The notes below the pieces were generated by a model that was given only the letters and a program-made list of their open reading frames with translations, did not search any database and was not told the DNA's origin. Shown piece by piece: positions 29,104 to 37,937 of a stretch of DNA of 64,000 bases. The position numbers and the translations under genes were made by a program. Origin of the DNA: Bacteroidales bacterium (GTDB lineage Bacteria > Bacteroidota > Bacteroidia > Bacteroidales > F082); the NCBI GenBank assembly GCA_045615285.1, contig JAZLEO010000011.1:5235-69234 (forward strand). The letters are read 5' to 3'. Within the stretch, counting starts at the first letter, position 1, and each line of letters starts with the position of its first letter.

Positions 29104-30033
29104 ATGCCAATAGATGTCAGCAATATTGCTCAACTGGGAAGCCTTGAATTTTTAGCTCGACAAATAGTTGAAGGTTTTATGACAGGCCTTCATAAAAGCC
29201 CTTTTCATGGCTTCTCAGTGGAGTTCGCTGAACATCGCCTTTATAATATAGGAGAACCGACCAGAAATATTGACTGGAAACTTTATGCTAGAACCGAAAA
29301 ACTTTTTGTGAAACGCTACGAAGAAGAAACCAATCTTCGATGCCAAATCGTCATAGATAAAAGTTCAAGCATGTACTTCCCCGTACGACAAAAGCTTGAT
29401 TTGGAACATCTTAATAAATTGTGGTTTTCTGTATATGGCAGCGCTGCTCTTATAGAGATGATGCGTCGTCAACGTGATGCTGTGGGCTTGTCGTTGTTTG
29501 ACGATGACGTGGAATTTCATTCTCAAGCCAAACTTTCCAGAACTCATTCTAATATGATTTACAGTGAGTTGGATAAACTGTTGTTGCCTTATGAGAAAAA
29601 CGTGAAATCTGGAACTGACGTGGTGCAATGTCTGCATAAGATAGCTGAAATGACTCACAAAAGAAGTCTCGTCGTCATATTCAGCGATATGCTGGATAAT
29701 CTTGAATCTTTGGATGAATTATTCGCAGCTCTGAAACATCTTCGATACAATAAACACGAAGTCGTTCTTTTCCATGTTTTTGACTCGCTTCATGAACAAA
29801 AACTGGAATACGAAAATCGTCCGCATCGTTTTGTCGATATGGAAACAGATGAAGTTATAAAACTCAATCCGTCAAATGTTAAAGAATTTTATGAAAAAAT
29901 CATGACGACAAAGAAAAACGAACTTCTGCAACATTGTTATCAATATCAGGTTGATTATATAGAAGCTGATATCAATAAGGATTATAATCAGATACTTACA
30001 TCATATCTTATCAAAAGACAAAAGATGATTTGA
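29104..30033 (+). CDS. DUF58 (vWA-like) domain protein
   Basis: LEFLARQIVEGFMTGLHKSPFHGFSVEFAEHRLY..., then a vWA-like core (IVIDKSSSM ... VVIFSDM). No MoxR-type ATPase gene is adjacent. Confidence 0.75.
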   Translation: MPIDVSNIAQLGSLEFLARQIVEGFMTGLHKSPFHGFSVEFAEHRLYNIGEPTRNIDWKLYARTEKLFVKRYEEETNLRCQIVIDKSSSMYFPVRQKLDLEHLNKLWFSVYGSAALIEMMRRQRDAVGLSLFDDDVEFHSQAKLSRTHSNMIYSELDKLLLPYEKNVKSGTDVVQCLHKIAEMTHKRSLVVIFSDMLDNLESLDELFAALKHLRYNKHEVVLFHVFDSLHEQKLEYENRPHRFVDMETDEVIKLNPSNVKEFYEKIMTTKKNELLQHCYQYQVDYIEADINKDYNQILTSYLIKRQKMI

Positions 30034-30105
30034 ATGTCATTTTTTTGCATTAAATGTTAATTATTTTTAATTATTTTTCTTTTTTAATTCGTTGTTTTTT
30101 TTATT

Positions 30106-30113
30106 TATATTTG
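30106..30113 (+). promoter_or_regulatory. -7 promoter box (TATATTTG) for the 30142-34787 operon
   Basis: TAnnTTTG match 29 nt upstream of the ATG at 30142, inside an AT-rich spacer. Confidence 0.45.
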
Positions 30114-30141
30114 CGAGGAAATAATTAAAAAAAATAACGTT

Positions 30142-32409
30142 ATGTCATTCATTAATACACTTAAAGAGAAAAAATATAAATGGAACTTTGTTAATGTAGG
30201 AGGTTCAGCACGTGTTAGAATAAATTCAGGTGAAGATATCGCTCATCTCGATGAATTGGATCCAAAGATGTGGACAGTTCTTTCATGTCCGACAACAGGT
30301 CTTGAAATTGACGACAAGAGTCTTAAATACATGGATTGCGATGGCGACGGTAAACTTCGCATCAACGATGTCATCAGCGTATCACAATGGATTACTTCCG
30401 TATTGAAAAATAAAGACCTTATATTAAAAGGTGCAGATTCAATTGATATTAATGAAATTAATACTGACGATGCCAACGGCAAGAAGCTTTATTCTTCAGC
30501 AAAACAGATTCTTGAAAATTTAGGTAAAGAAGGAACTGTCATTTCTTTGGCAGATACTGCTGATATAACAGCGATTTTTGCGAAGACACGTTTCAATGGC
30601 GACGGTATTATAACAGAGGCTTCATCAGATGACGCAGAATTGAAGGCTACGATAGCAGCAGCTTTATCTACAATCGGTGGCGTTGCTGACAGAAGCGGTG
30701 CTCAAGGTATCGGCGCAGACCAAATAGAAGCTTTCTATAAAAACCTTAATGATTATGTGGCATGGAACGACGCTGTCGTTGAAGCTCCTTATGGTGACAA
30801 GACAGATACTCTCATCGCTGCTTATAACGCATTGGACGCTAAGGTAAAAGACTTCTTCATGCGTTCAAAACTCGCAGCATTTTCTCCAAACAGCATGGCA
30901 TCTCTCGATATTCAGACTTCAAGAATCGATGCTATCAGTGCAGAAAACCTTTCAACTAAAAACGATGAAATCGCGGCTTATCCTTTGACACATATCACAG
31001 GAAAATCAGAGATTGATGTCAATGCAGCTATAAATCCAGCTTGGGATAAGAACTTCAGTGTTATTAAATCTGTTGCTATAGATTCTTCAAAGAGTGTTAT
31101 TACAGAAGAAGACTGGAATGCAATAGGAGAGAAGTTCGCTGCATATCAAACTTGGAAAAATGCAAAGGCTGGTGCGGCTGTTGAAAGCCTTGGCTTAGAC
31201 GCTGTTAAAAACTTCATCGCTCAGGATAAGAAAGCGGCTCTTCTTGATTTGGTGGCACAAGACGCTGCTCTTAAAGAAGAATCAGACAATATTGAAATGG
31301 TTGATAAATTCCTTCATATCTTCCGTGATTTCTATCAACTTCTCAAAAACTTCGTTACATTCAACGATTTCTATGATAAAGATAAAAATTTAAAAGCTAT
31401 CTTCCAATGCGGAACACTCATCGTCGACCAAAGAGCTTGTAAATTCTGTATGAAAGTAGCTGATACAGGCAAACATAGCGCAGCTGCAGGAACAAGCGGC
31501 ATGTATCTAGTATATTGCGACTGCACAACAAAGTCAAAACCTGGTAAATTACAGATAGTAGCTGCTGTAACAGTAGGTGATATCGGCGCTTTGGCTGTTG
31601 GTAAAAATGGTATCTTCTACGATAACAACGGTTTGGAATGGGATGCAGTCATTACAAAGATTATTGATAATCCTATAAATATCTCACAGTCATTCTGGTC
31701 ACCTTATCGTAGAATGTCGACAGCGATAGAAAACCTTATTAATAAGAGAGCAGCGGAAAAAGATGCTAAGATGATGGCGAATGCTACGGCAAATATCAAC
31801 GCAGCTCCAACAAAGACTGCAGAAGAAGCTAAGGCAGCTGCCGCGGCGCCTCCATTCGATATCGCTAAGTTCGCTGGTATATTCGCTGCAATAGGTATGG
31901 CATTTGGTATGATTGGTACAGCTTTGGCAAGTTTATTCACAGGATTGAAAGGCCTTACTTGGTGGCAACTCATTATGTTGTTCGTTGGTATTGTGTTAGT
32001 TATTTCTGGACCTGCAATGGTGATGGCATGGATGAAGTTACGTCGCAGAAACATCGCTCCATTATTGAACGCTAACGGCTGGGCTGTTAATGCTAACTCG
32101 AAGATTAGCATTCCTTTCGGTGAAACATTGACAGAAATAGCAAAATATCCTAAGATGAAACTCGACGATCCATTTGCTAAAAAAGGTTTGAAAACATGGC
32201 AAAAATGGAGTCTCACAGTGTTGTTAATCGTTGCTGTCGTCGCAGGTTTATGGTTGGGAAATATCTTGACTCATGTAAGTCCTAAATTGAATTCTCCTCT
32301 TCCACGATATAATAAAGTTGAAACGGTCGTAACAGATACATTGTCAGTGGTTAATGATACAATCGCTGTTGGAGAAGTAGTCGTTGAAGAGAATATCGTA
32401 ACAGAATAA
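30142..32409 (+). CDS. Large protein of unknown function with an EF-hand-like Ca-binding loop and C-terminal membrane anchor
   Basis: 755 aa. DCDGDGKLRIND (30334-30369) fits the 12-residue EF-hand loop pattern. An Ala-rich linker is followed by at least three hydrophobic segments (FAGIFAAIGMAFGMIGTALASLF, LIMLFVGIVLVISGPAMVMAW, WSLTVLLIVAVVAGLWLG). I recognise no family. Confidence 0.65.
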   Translation: MSFINTLKEKKYKWNFVNVGGSARVRINSGEDIAHLDELDPKMWTVLSCPTTGLEIDDKSLKYMDCDGDGKLRINDVISVSQWITSVLKNKDLILKGADSIDINEINTDDANGKKLYSSAKQILENLGKEGTVISLADTADITAIFAKTRFNGDGIITEASSDDAELKATIAAALSTIGGVADRSGAQGIGADQIEAFYKNLNDYVAWNDAVVEAPYGDKTDTLIAAYNALDAKVKDFFMRSKLAAFSPNSMASLDIQTSRIDAISAENLSTKNDEIAAYPLTHITGKSEIDVNAAINPAWDKNFSVIKSVAIDSSKSVITEEDWNAIGEKFAAYQTWKNAKAGAAVESLGLDAVKNFIAQDKKAALLDLVAQDAALKEESDNIEMVDKFLHIFRDFYQLLKNFVTFNDFYDKDKNLKAIFQCGTLIVDQRACKFCMKVADTGKHSAAAGTSGMYLVYCDCTTKSKPGKLQIVAAVTVGDIGALAVGKNGIFYDNNGLEWDAVITKIIDNPINISQSFWSPYRRMSTAIENLINKRAAEKDAKMMANATANINAAPTKTAEEAKAAAAAPPFDIAKFAGIFAAIGMAFGMIGTALASLFTGLKGLTWWQLIMLFVGIVLVISGPAMVMAWMKLRRRNIAPLLNANGWAVNANSKISIPFGETLTEIAKYPKMKLDDPFAKKGLKTWQKWSLTVLLIVAVVAGLWLGNILTHVSPKLNSPLPRYNKVETVVTDTLSVVNDTIAVGEVVVEENIVTE

Positions 32410-32434
32410 TTTTACTAACCAAAATTTAAAAACC

Positions 32435-33304
32435 ATGAAAAAAATAATATTGTTATTTGTGGCATTTACAGTTGCGATAACAACATTCGCACAAACAGAA
32501 AGGACTATCAAGAGGAAAGTCGCTATTGGAAGATTCTCCAATGAAACACAATATGGAAAAGGTATTTTCTATGATAAGGAAAATGATCCAATGGGGAAAC
32601 AAGCCTTGGATATTCTTTCTGCAAAATTGGCTCAGTCAGGAAAGTTTATTTTATTGGAAAGAAGTGATTTAGATCTTTTAGTCCAAGAGTCTGGAGAGAA
32701 TATGCAAAAGATTGGTGCTGATTATATCATACTTGGTTCAATCACAGAATTCGGTAGAAAAAATGAAGGTCAGCAAAAGGTTTTCAGCAATACAAAGGTT
32801 CAAACTATAGAAGCTGGCGTTAGCATCCGTATCGTTGATACTTACACAGGTTTGATTATTTATTCAGATGAAGCTAAAGGTATGGCAGAAACATCAACAA
32901 AAGAAGTCATGGGTATCGGTGGCCAAGCTGGTTTTGACGCAACATTAAGCGACAAGGCTATCTCTGCTGCAATTTCTCAACTTGTTGAAAATGTGATCAA
33001 CAAATGTACTGACAAACCTTGGAAGTCATACATGCTTTCTGTAGAAGATGGCAACTATATCATCTCAGGTGGCGCATCACAAGGATTGGCAGCAGGCGAT
33101 GTTTTCAATGTTTATTTGAAAGGTAAAACTGTTAAAAATCCTCAAACAGGTATGGATGTTGAATTGCCTGGTAAGAAAATAGGTGCTGTAACTGTTACAA
33201 TGTCAATAGGTGATACTCCAGAAACAGAAATTTCATTCTGTACTTACGAAGGTGAAGATATCAATCCGGAACAATTAAGCAATTATTACATTTTAAACGA
33301 TTGA
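32435..33304 (+). CDS. CsgG/HfaB-family lipoprotein-like protein
   Basis: Signal peptide, then KVAIGRFSNETQYGK...LDILSAKLAQSGKFILLERSDLDLLVQE...GADYIILGSITEFG, the pattern of CsgG-like secretion-channel lipoproteins. Confidence 0.65.
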   Translation: MKKIILLFVAFTVAITTFAQTERTIKRKVAIGRFSNETQYGKGIFYDKENDPMGKQALDILSAKLAQSGKFILLERSDLDLLVQESGENMQKIGADYIILGSITEFGRKNEGQQKVFSNTKVQTIEAGVSIRIVDTYTGLIIYSDEAKGMAETSTKEVMGIGGQAGFDATLSDKAISAAISQLVENVINKCTDKPWKSYMLSVEDGNYIISGGASQGLAAGDVFNVYLKGKTVKNPQTGMDVELPGKKIGAVTVTMSIGDTPETEISFCTYEGEDINPEQLSNYYILND

Positions 33305-33311
33305 TATAATT

Positions 33312-33650
33312 ATGAAAAAGATATTGTTAATAACACTTTTGACTATATTCATGGCAAGTTGTGGCGTTGGTTCTTATACAGTTACAACTGGTTTGGCGGA
33401 TGAAGCAAGCATATCTTTCGTTACAGATAAAGTACAGAATATAATAGTTGCTATTGATGGTCAACAATATAATGTACAGACTGTCAAATTGAAAGATTAT
33501 CGTAAAGACAGAAGTATTAAAAGAACTGTTGAAAATACAATCGGAGTTACTCCAGGAACACATGAGGTGAAAGTGACATTAAATGGTAAAGAAGTCTATA
33601 CACACAAGGTTTTCGTTTCTACAGGAGAAAGCAAGGTTATAGAATTATGA
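33312..33650 (+). CDS. Small lipoprotein, PEGA-like beta-sandwich (tentative)
   Basis: MKKILLITLLTIFMASC lipobox. VAIDGQQY...GVTPGTHEVKV...GKEVYTHKVFV resembles PEGA domains. Confidence 0.5.
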   Translation: MKKILLITLLTIFMASCGVGSYTVTTGLADEASISFVTDKVQNIIVAIDGQQYNVQTVKLKDYRKDRSIKRTVENTIGVTPGTHEVKVTLNGKEVYTHKVFVSTGESKVIEL

Positions 33651-34099
33651 AGTGCATAAAACTATTAGCGATTACATTTTTTGCAGTCTTGATGTTTTCA
33701 TCATGTACAACGACTAGTAACATGTATTACTGGGGACCAGTATCTGATAATGTTACCAAGTATGAGAAGTCTGTTTATAACTATTATAAGTATCAGTCTC
33801 CTGAAAGTATTTGTAGATTAATTGAGACTTATCAAGATATTGTCCAAAAATGTAAAGCTAATGAGAAAATGATACCTCCGGGAATCTGTGCTGAGTTTGG
33901 TTATATTCTTTTAAATCCAGAGAATGAAACTTATTTTAATGAGTATGCAACCAACTCGCAAAAGAAAATGATGGAAGGTATCGTTTTCATTGAGTATGGA
34001 AAGCAAATGATTGAGAAAGAAATCATATTGTATCCAGAAGCACGTCATTTCTTGGAGCCGGTCATCAAACGTATAACTAGAGATAATGAGGAAGATTGA
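33647..34099 (+). CDS. DUF4810-like lipoprotein
   Basis: Lipobox MFSSC, YYWG..., IPPGICAEFGYILL and LYPEARHF motifs as I recall for DUF4810. ATGA overlap with the upstream gene. Confidence 0.5.
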   Translation: MKCIKLLAITFFAVLMFSSCTTTSNMYYWGPVSDNVTKYEKSVYNYYKYQSPESICRLIETYQDIVQKCKANEKMIPPGICAEFGYILLNPENETYFNEYATNSQKKMMEGIVFIEYGKQMIEKEIILYPEARHFLEPVIKRITRDNEED

Positions 34100-34100
34100 T

Positions 34101-34787
34101 ATGAAAAGATATTGGTATATTTTTGTAATCGGTATACTGATGTTGACGCAGACATCGTGTACTACTTCTTCAAATCTCACTAGAGGCGAGGTTTACGCCA
34201 AGTTATATGAAGAAAAACCTGTTTCAATCTTGGTGATGCCTCCGATTAATAACACTAGCAATGTTGAAGCAAAGGACTTGCTTTACACTTCAGTCAGTCG
34301 TAATATAGCAGAGACTGGTTATTATGTCATTTCTCCTCTCATCGCGATGGATGTATTAAGAAATGAAAGCGCATACGATGCTGAATATTTCATGAATTCA
34401 TCATTGGGTAAGTTCAAGGAATATTTTGGCGTCGATGCAGTCGTGTTTGCAATAATAGAGAATTGGGCAAAAGAAGGCTGGATTATTCATACCAAAGTAA
34501 ATTATATGATGAAGTCGACGACGACAAATGAGATTTTGTTTGAAAGGTCTTGCGACTTGCACCTTGACCTTATGAAGAACTCTGGTACTGGCGGACTTCT
34601 AGGTGTGTTGGTCGATGCGATAGCGACGGCGGTTGATGTCGCGATGACAGAGCATATTGAAGCGGTACGTTATGCAAATCATTATGTGTTTGACGATTTG
34701 CCTTATGGTAAATACAGTCCGCTGTATATGCTGGATAAAGAAGTGCAGGCAAAAGACAAACATGTGAAAAAAGCACTTAGCAGATAA
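34101..34787 (+). CDS. DUF799/GNA1162-like lipoprotein
   Basis: Start taken at MKRYWYIFVIGILMLTQTSC (lipobox). VSILVMPPINNTSNVEAKDLLYTSVSRNIAETGYYVISP matches my memory of the DUF799 family. Confidence 0.55.
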   Translation: MKRYWYIFVIGILMLTQTSCTTSSNLTRGEVYAKLYEEKPVSILVMPPINNTSNVEAKDLLYTSVSRNIAETGYYVISPLIAMDVLRNESAYDAEYFMNSSLGKFKEYFGVDAVVFAIIENWAKEGWIIHTKVNYMMKSTTTNEILFERSCDLHLDLMKNSGTGGLLGVLVDAIATAVDVAMTEHIEAVRYANHYVFDDLPYGKYSPLYMLDKEVQAKDKHVKKALSR

Positions 34788-34791
34788 AAGT

Positions 34792-34832
34792 AAAATCGCT
34801 GGAAATGATTAACATGACCAGCGATTTTTTTG
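34792..34832 (+). terminator. Intrinsic terminator ending the five-gene operon
   Basis: Stem AAAATCGCTGG (34792-34802) pairs with CCAGCGATTTT (34818-34828), followed by a T-run to about 34831. Confidence 0.75.
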
Positions 34833-34998
34833 TTTGTATAGTGCCCATACGCAGTCTGTTGATGGCGAATATTGGAGTTTTGAGTTGATACATATTTCTT
34901 ATCGGGTTGCGTTAGGGATTGGAGCGGCATCCTTTGCGAGCGGAGCGAGCAAAGATATAGCGGAAAGCCCGACGGCTTTGCCGGAACGCCCAAAAATA

Positions 34999-35400
34999 TC
35001 AAGCTATTCCGAATAGTTCAATCTCAAATATCAGCGTTGAACCGCCAGGGATGCCAGGCTGCGAGTAGTTTCCGTAAGCCATTTCGGCAGGGAGGTAGAT
35101 TTCCCATTTGTCGCCGATGCACATCTGCTGCATAGCTATTATCCAACCTTCAATTAAGTTGCTCAAGCGGAAAGCAATTGGCACGCCTTCGTCGCGGCTG
35201 CTGTCGAACACCTTGCCGTCGATGGTACATCCGGTGTAATGTGCAGTGACGACATTACGAGGAGTAGGATGGACGCCGTCGTTCTTGCCTTCGCTTATCA
35301 CCTTGTAATAGATGCCTTTAGGAAGAGCCTTGACGCCTTCTTCCTGAGATTTTGCCTTCAGCCAATCGATGTTGGCTTGCTTGTATTCTTGTTTGTTCAT
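34999..35400 (-). CDS. FKBP-type peptidyl-prolyl cis-trans isomerase
   Basis: 133 aa. VTAHYTGCTIDGKVFDSS ... GGSTLIFEIELFGI is the canonical FKBP_C pattern. Confidence 0.9.
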   Translation of the reverse strand: MNKQEYKQANIDWLKAKSQEEGVKALPKGIYYKVISEGKNDGVHPTPRNVVTAHYTGCTIDGKVFDSSRDEGVPIAFRLSNLIEGWIIAMQQMCIGDKWEIYLPAEMAYGNYSQPGIPGGSTLIFEIELFGIA

Positions 35401-35525
35401 GATGTTTTTGTTATAAAAGTTGAGAGTTTAAAGTTAAGGAAAATATTATGTAAATAAGAAGAGAAAATGTGAAGTTTTTTTTAAAAAGTAGATAGTCAAA
35501 TGTCGTTTCTATCTGGAATTTTCAA

Positions 35526-35533
35526 TAGATTTG
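35526..35533 (+). promoter_or_regulatory. -7 promoter box (TAGATTTG)
   Basis: TAnnTTTG match 19 nt upstream of the ATG at 35552. It overlaps the longer ORF-track start at 35531. Confidence 0.4.
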
Positions 35534-35551
35534 CATAATTATGTAAGTAAT

Positions 35552-35758
35552 ATGAAAATAGAAGAAGCCATATTGTATTGCCTTGCAAGTCAGAACCGTG
35601 GGATGCGGACGGAGCAGATTGCCGAGATGATAAACAGCAAGCGACTGCATATCCGTAAAGACGGGCAAGCAGTAACATCAAATCAGGTTTATGCCGTGAT
35701 TTGTCGCTACCCTGAGATGTTTGTCAAGGCTGAGGGAATGATAAGATTGATGATATAA
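35552..35758 (+). CDS. Small winged-helix-like protein of unknown function
   Basis: 68 aa: MKIEEAILYCLASQNRGMRTEQIAEMINSKRLHIRKDGQAVTSNQVYAVICRYPEMF... (HTH-like pattern). Confidence 0.45.
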   Translation: MKIEEAILYCLASQNRGMRTEQIAEMINSKRLHIRKDGQAVTSNQVYAVICRYPEMFVKAEGMIRLMI

Positions 35759-35770
35759 AAAAGAATAATC

Positions 35771-36802
35771 ATGCTAGCATACACATACATAGAAAAAGGA
35801 AAGTTCGCTTTGGTGGAGAAACCGAAGCCTGTGTTGATGGAACCGACTGATGCCATTGTCCGTGTGACGATGAGCAGCATCTGTTCCAGCGATATTCATA
35901 TAAAACACGGTAGCGTGCCTCGTGCGGTGCCAGGAATAACCGTCGGTCATGAGATGGTAGGCGTGGTGGAAGAAGTGGGAGCGGAGGTCACTAATGTAAA
36001 ACCAGGCGAGCGCGTGACTGTCAATGTTGAGACTTACTGCGGAGAGTGTTTCTTCTGCAGGAACGGCTATGTGAACAACTGCACCAATCCCAATGGTGGC
36101 TGGGCTTTAGGATGCCGCATCGATGGAGGACAGACGGAATATGTGCGCGTTCCATTGGCAAATCAAGGTCTGAACCGAATCCCTGATAGCGTGACGGATG
36201 AGCAAGCTTTGTTTGTCGGCGATGTCTTGGCGACAGGATTCTGGGCGGCACGTATTTCTGAGATAACTAAAGACGACACAGTCTTGATAATAGGAGCGGG
36301 ACCGACAGGTATCTGCACCTTGTTATGCGTGATGCTGAAGCATCCTAAACGCATCATCGTTTGTGAGAAATCTGAAGAAAGAAGACGATTCGTTCAGGAA
36401 CATTACCCTGAAGTTTTATTGACGACTCCAGAAGAATGCAAGGATTTCGTCTTGAATAACAGCGACCATAATGGTGCTGACCGCGTACTTGAAGTGGCAG
36501 GCGCTGATGACACTTTCCGTCTCGCATGGGAGTGTGCTCGTCCGAATGCCATTGTAACGGTCGTCGCTCTTTACGACCAGCCGCAAGTTCTTCCTTTGCC
36601 GCAAATGTATGGCAAGATCCTCACTTTCAAGACTGGCGGCGTCGACGGCTGCGACTGCGAAGAAGTACTCAAATTGATAGAAGAAGGCAAGATTGACACC
36701 ACGCCGCTCATCACTCATCGTTTTAAATTAAATGAGATAGAGGAGGCGTATCGTATTTTTGAAAATAAGTTAGATGGGGTTATTAAAGTGGCGGTGATAT
36801 AA
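35771..36802 (+). CDS. Zinc-dependent medium-chain alcohol dehydrogenase family protein
   Basis: Catalytic Zn (C..GHEMVG), structural Zn (CGECFFCRNGYVNNC) and Rossmann motif (IIGAGPTG). Confidence 0.85.
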   Translation: MLAYTYIEKGKFALVEKPKPVLMEPTDAIVRVTMSSICSSDIHIKHGSVPRAVPGITVGHEMVGVVEEVGAEVTNVKPGERVTVNVETYCGECFFCRNGYVNNCTNPNGGWALGCRIDGGQTEYVRVPLANQGLNRIPDSVTDEQALFVGDVLATGFWAARISEITKDDTVLIIGAGPTGICTLLCVMLKHPKRIIVCEKSEERRRFVQEHYPEVLLTTPEECKDFVLNNSDHNGADRVLEVAGADDTFRLAWECARPNAIVTVVALYDQPQVLPLPQMYGKILTFKTGGVDGCDCEEVLKLIEEGKIDTTPLITHRFKLNEIEEAYRIFENKLDGVIKVAVI

Positions 36803-36827
36803 TCGCAAGATTAAATATATTAAAACA

Positions 36828-37517
36828 ATGAAAGAAGAATGTTTGATATGCAGTGCTCCATTGAAGTATCTAGAAAAAGAAACGCTTATGGAGTGCGCTA
36901 TTTGTCATAAAAAGGAAGAAAGCAATACTTGTTGCGAACAAGGACATTATGTATGTAACGAATGTCATACCAATGGTATAGATGCTATTTTTAGACTTTG
37001 CCATGCCGAAATATCTAAGAATCCGATAGAGATTTTGGAGAAGATGATGGACATGCCGTTCTGTCACATGCATGGTCCTGAACATCATGTGATGGTAGGA
37101 GCGGCTTTGCTTACGGCTTATCATAATGCAGGAGGTGACATCGTGCTTTCAGATGCGTTAACAGAAATGATGAAACTGGGCAAGCAAGTCCCAGGTGGTG
37201 CTTGTGGCTTTTGGGGAGCTTGTGGTGCTGGATTGAGTTCTGGTATGTTTGTCTCTATCATATCTCACTCAACACCATTGACAGTCGAGCCGTTTGCTTT
37301 GTCGCATAAAATGTCGGCTGCATCGCTCAATAAGATTGCAGAAATTGGTGGCCCACGATGCTGCAAACGCGATTCATATTTGTCTGTTCTGGCAGCCATT
37401 GATTTCGTGGAAGCGAATTTTGGCGTTTCTATGGAAAAATCTTCCATAGTGTGCAGGCATTTCGGCAAGAATAATCAATGTATTCAGAAGCGTTGTCCTT
37501 TCTTTCCCAAGAATTAG
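36828..37517 (+). CDS. Cysteine-rich protein of unknown function (possibly DUF5714-like)
   Basis: 229 aa with CLIC...CAIC...CC..GH.VCNEC zinc-ribbon-like N-terminus and further Cys pairs (GGACGFWGACG, PRCCKRD, CIQKRC). Family name is uncertain. Confidence 0.45.
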   Translation: MKEECLICSAPLKYLEKETLMECAICHKKEESNTCCEQGHYVCNECHTNGIDAIFRLCHAEISKNPIEILEKMMDMPFCHMHGPEHHVMVGAALLTAYHNAGGDIVLSDALTEMMKLGKQVPGGACGFWGACGAGLSSGMFVSIISHSTPLTVEPFALSHKMSAASLNKIAEIGGPRCCKRDSYLSVLAAIDFVEANFGVSMEKSSIVCRHFGKNNQCIQKRCPFFPKN

Positions 37518-37532
37518 TAATTAATTGCATTT

Positions 37533-37937
37533 ATGAGAGTGTTGATTTTGTGTACGGGTAACAGTTGCCGCAGTCAGATGGTACACGGATTTCTTCAATC
37601 GTTTGATAGTGACTTGGAAGTGCATTCTGCTGGGACGAAACCATCCGATAAGGTGAATCCAAAAGCTATTGAAGTGATGAAAGAAGTGGGTATTGACATA
37701 TCCGGTCATAGACCCAAAAGTGTAGAGATATATCTCAATGATGAGTGGGATTATGTGATAACTGTCTGTGGCGGAGCAAACGAGAGTTGTCCCCAATTCG
37801 TTGGTACAGTTGGCAAACGACTGCACATTGGTTTTGATGACCCATCAGATGCGATAGGTACGGATGAATTTGTGATGAAAGAATTTCGCAGAGTGAGAGA
37901 TGAAATTCAAGAGAAGTTTAAGGAAATATTTTTATAA
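37533..37937 (+). CDS. arsC: Arsenate reductase, thioredoxin-coupled LMW-PTPase family
   Basis: CTGNSCRS P-loop (CX5R) plus a downstream Cys pair (VCGGANESC) and DD motif, as in S. aureus/B. subtilis-type ArsC. Confidence 0.8.
   Translation: MRVLILCTGNSCRSQMVHGFLQSFDSDLEVHSAGTKPSDKVNPKAIEVMKEVGIDISGHRPKSVEIYLNDEWDYVITVCGGANESCPQFVGTVGKRLHIGFDDPSDAIGTDEFVMKEFRRVRDEIQEKFKEIFL

Noticed and set aside
31704-32216. 170-aa minus-strand ORF inside the 755-aa gene
   Set aside because: It is antisense to a well-supported operon gene. The Ala/Ile-rich low-complexity translation mirrors the Ala-rich and TM region of the sense protein, and there is no promoter or start context.
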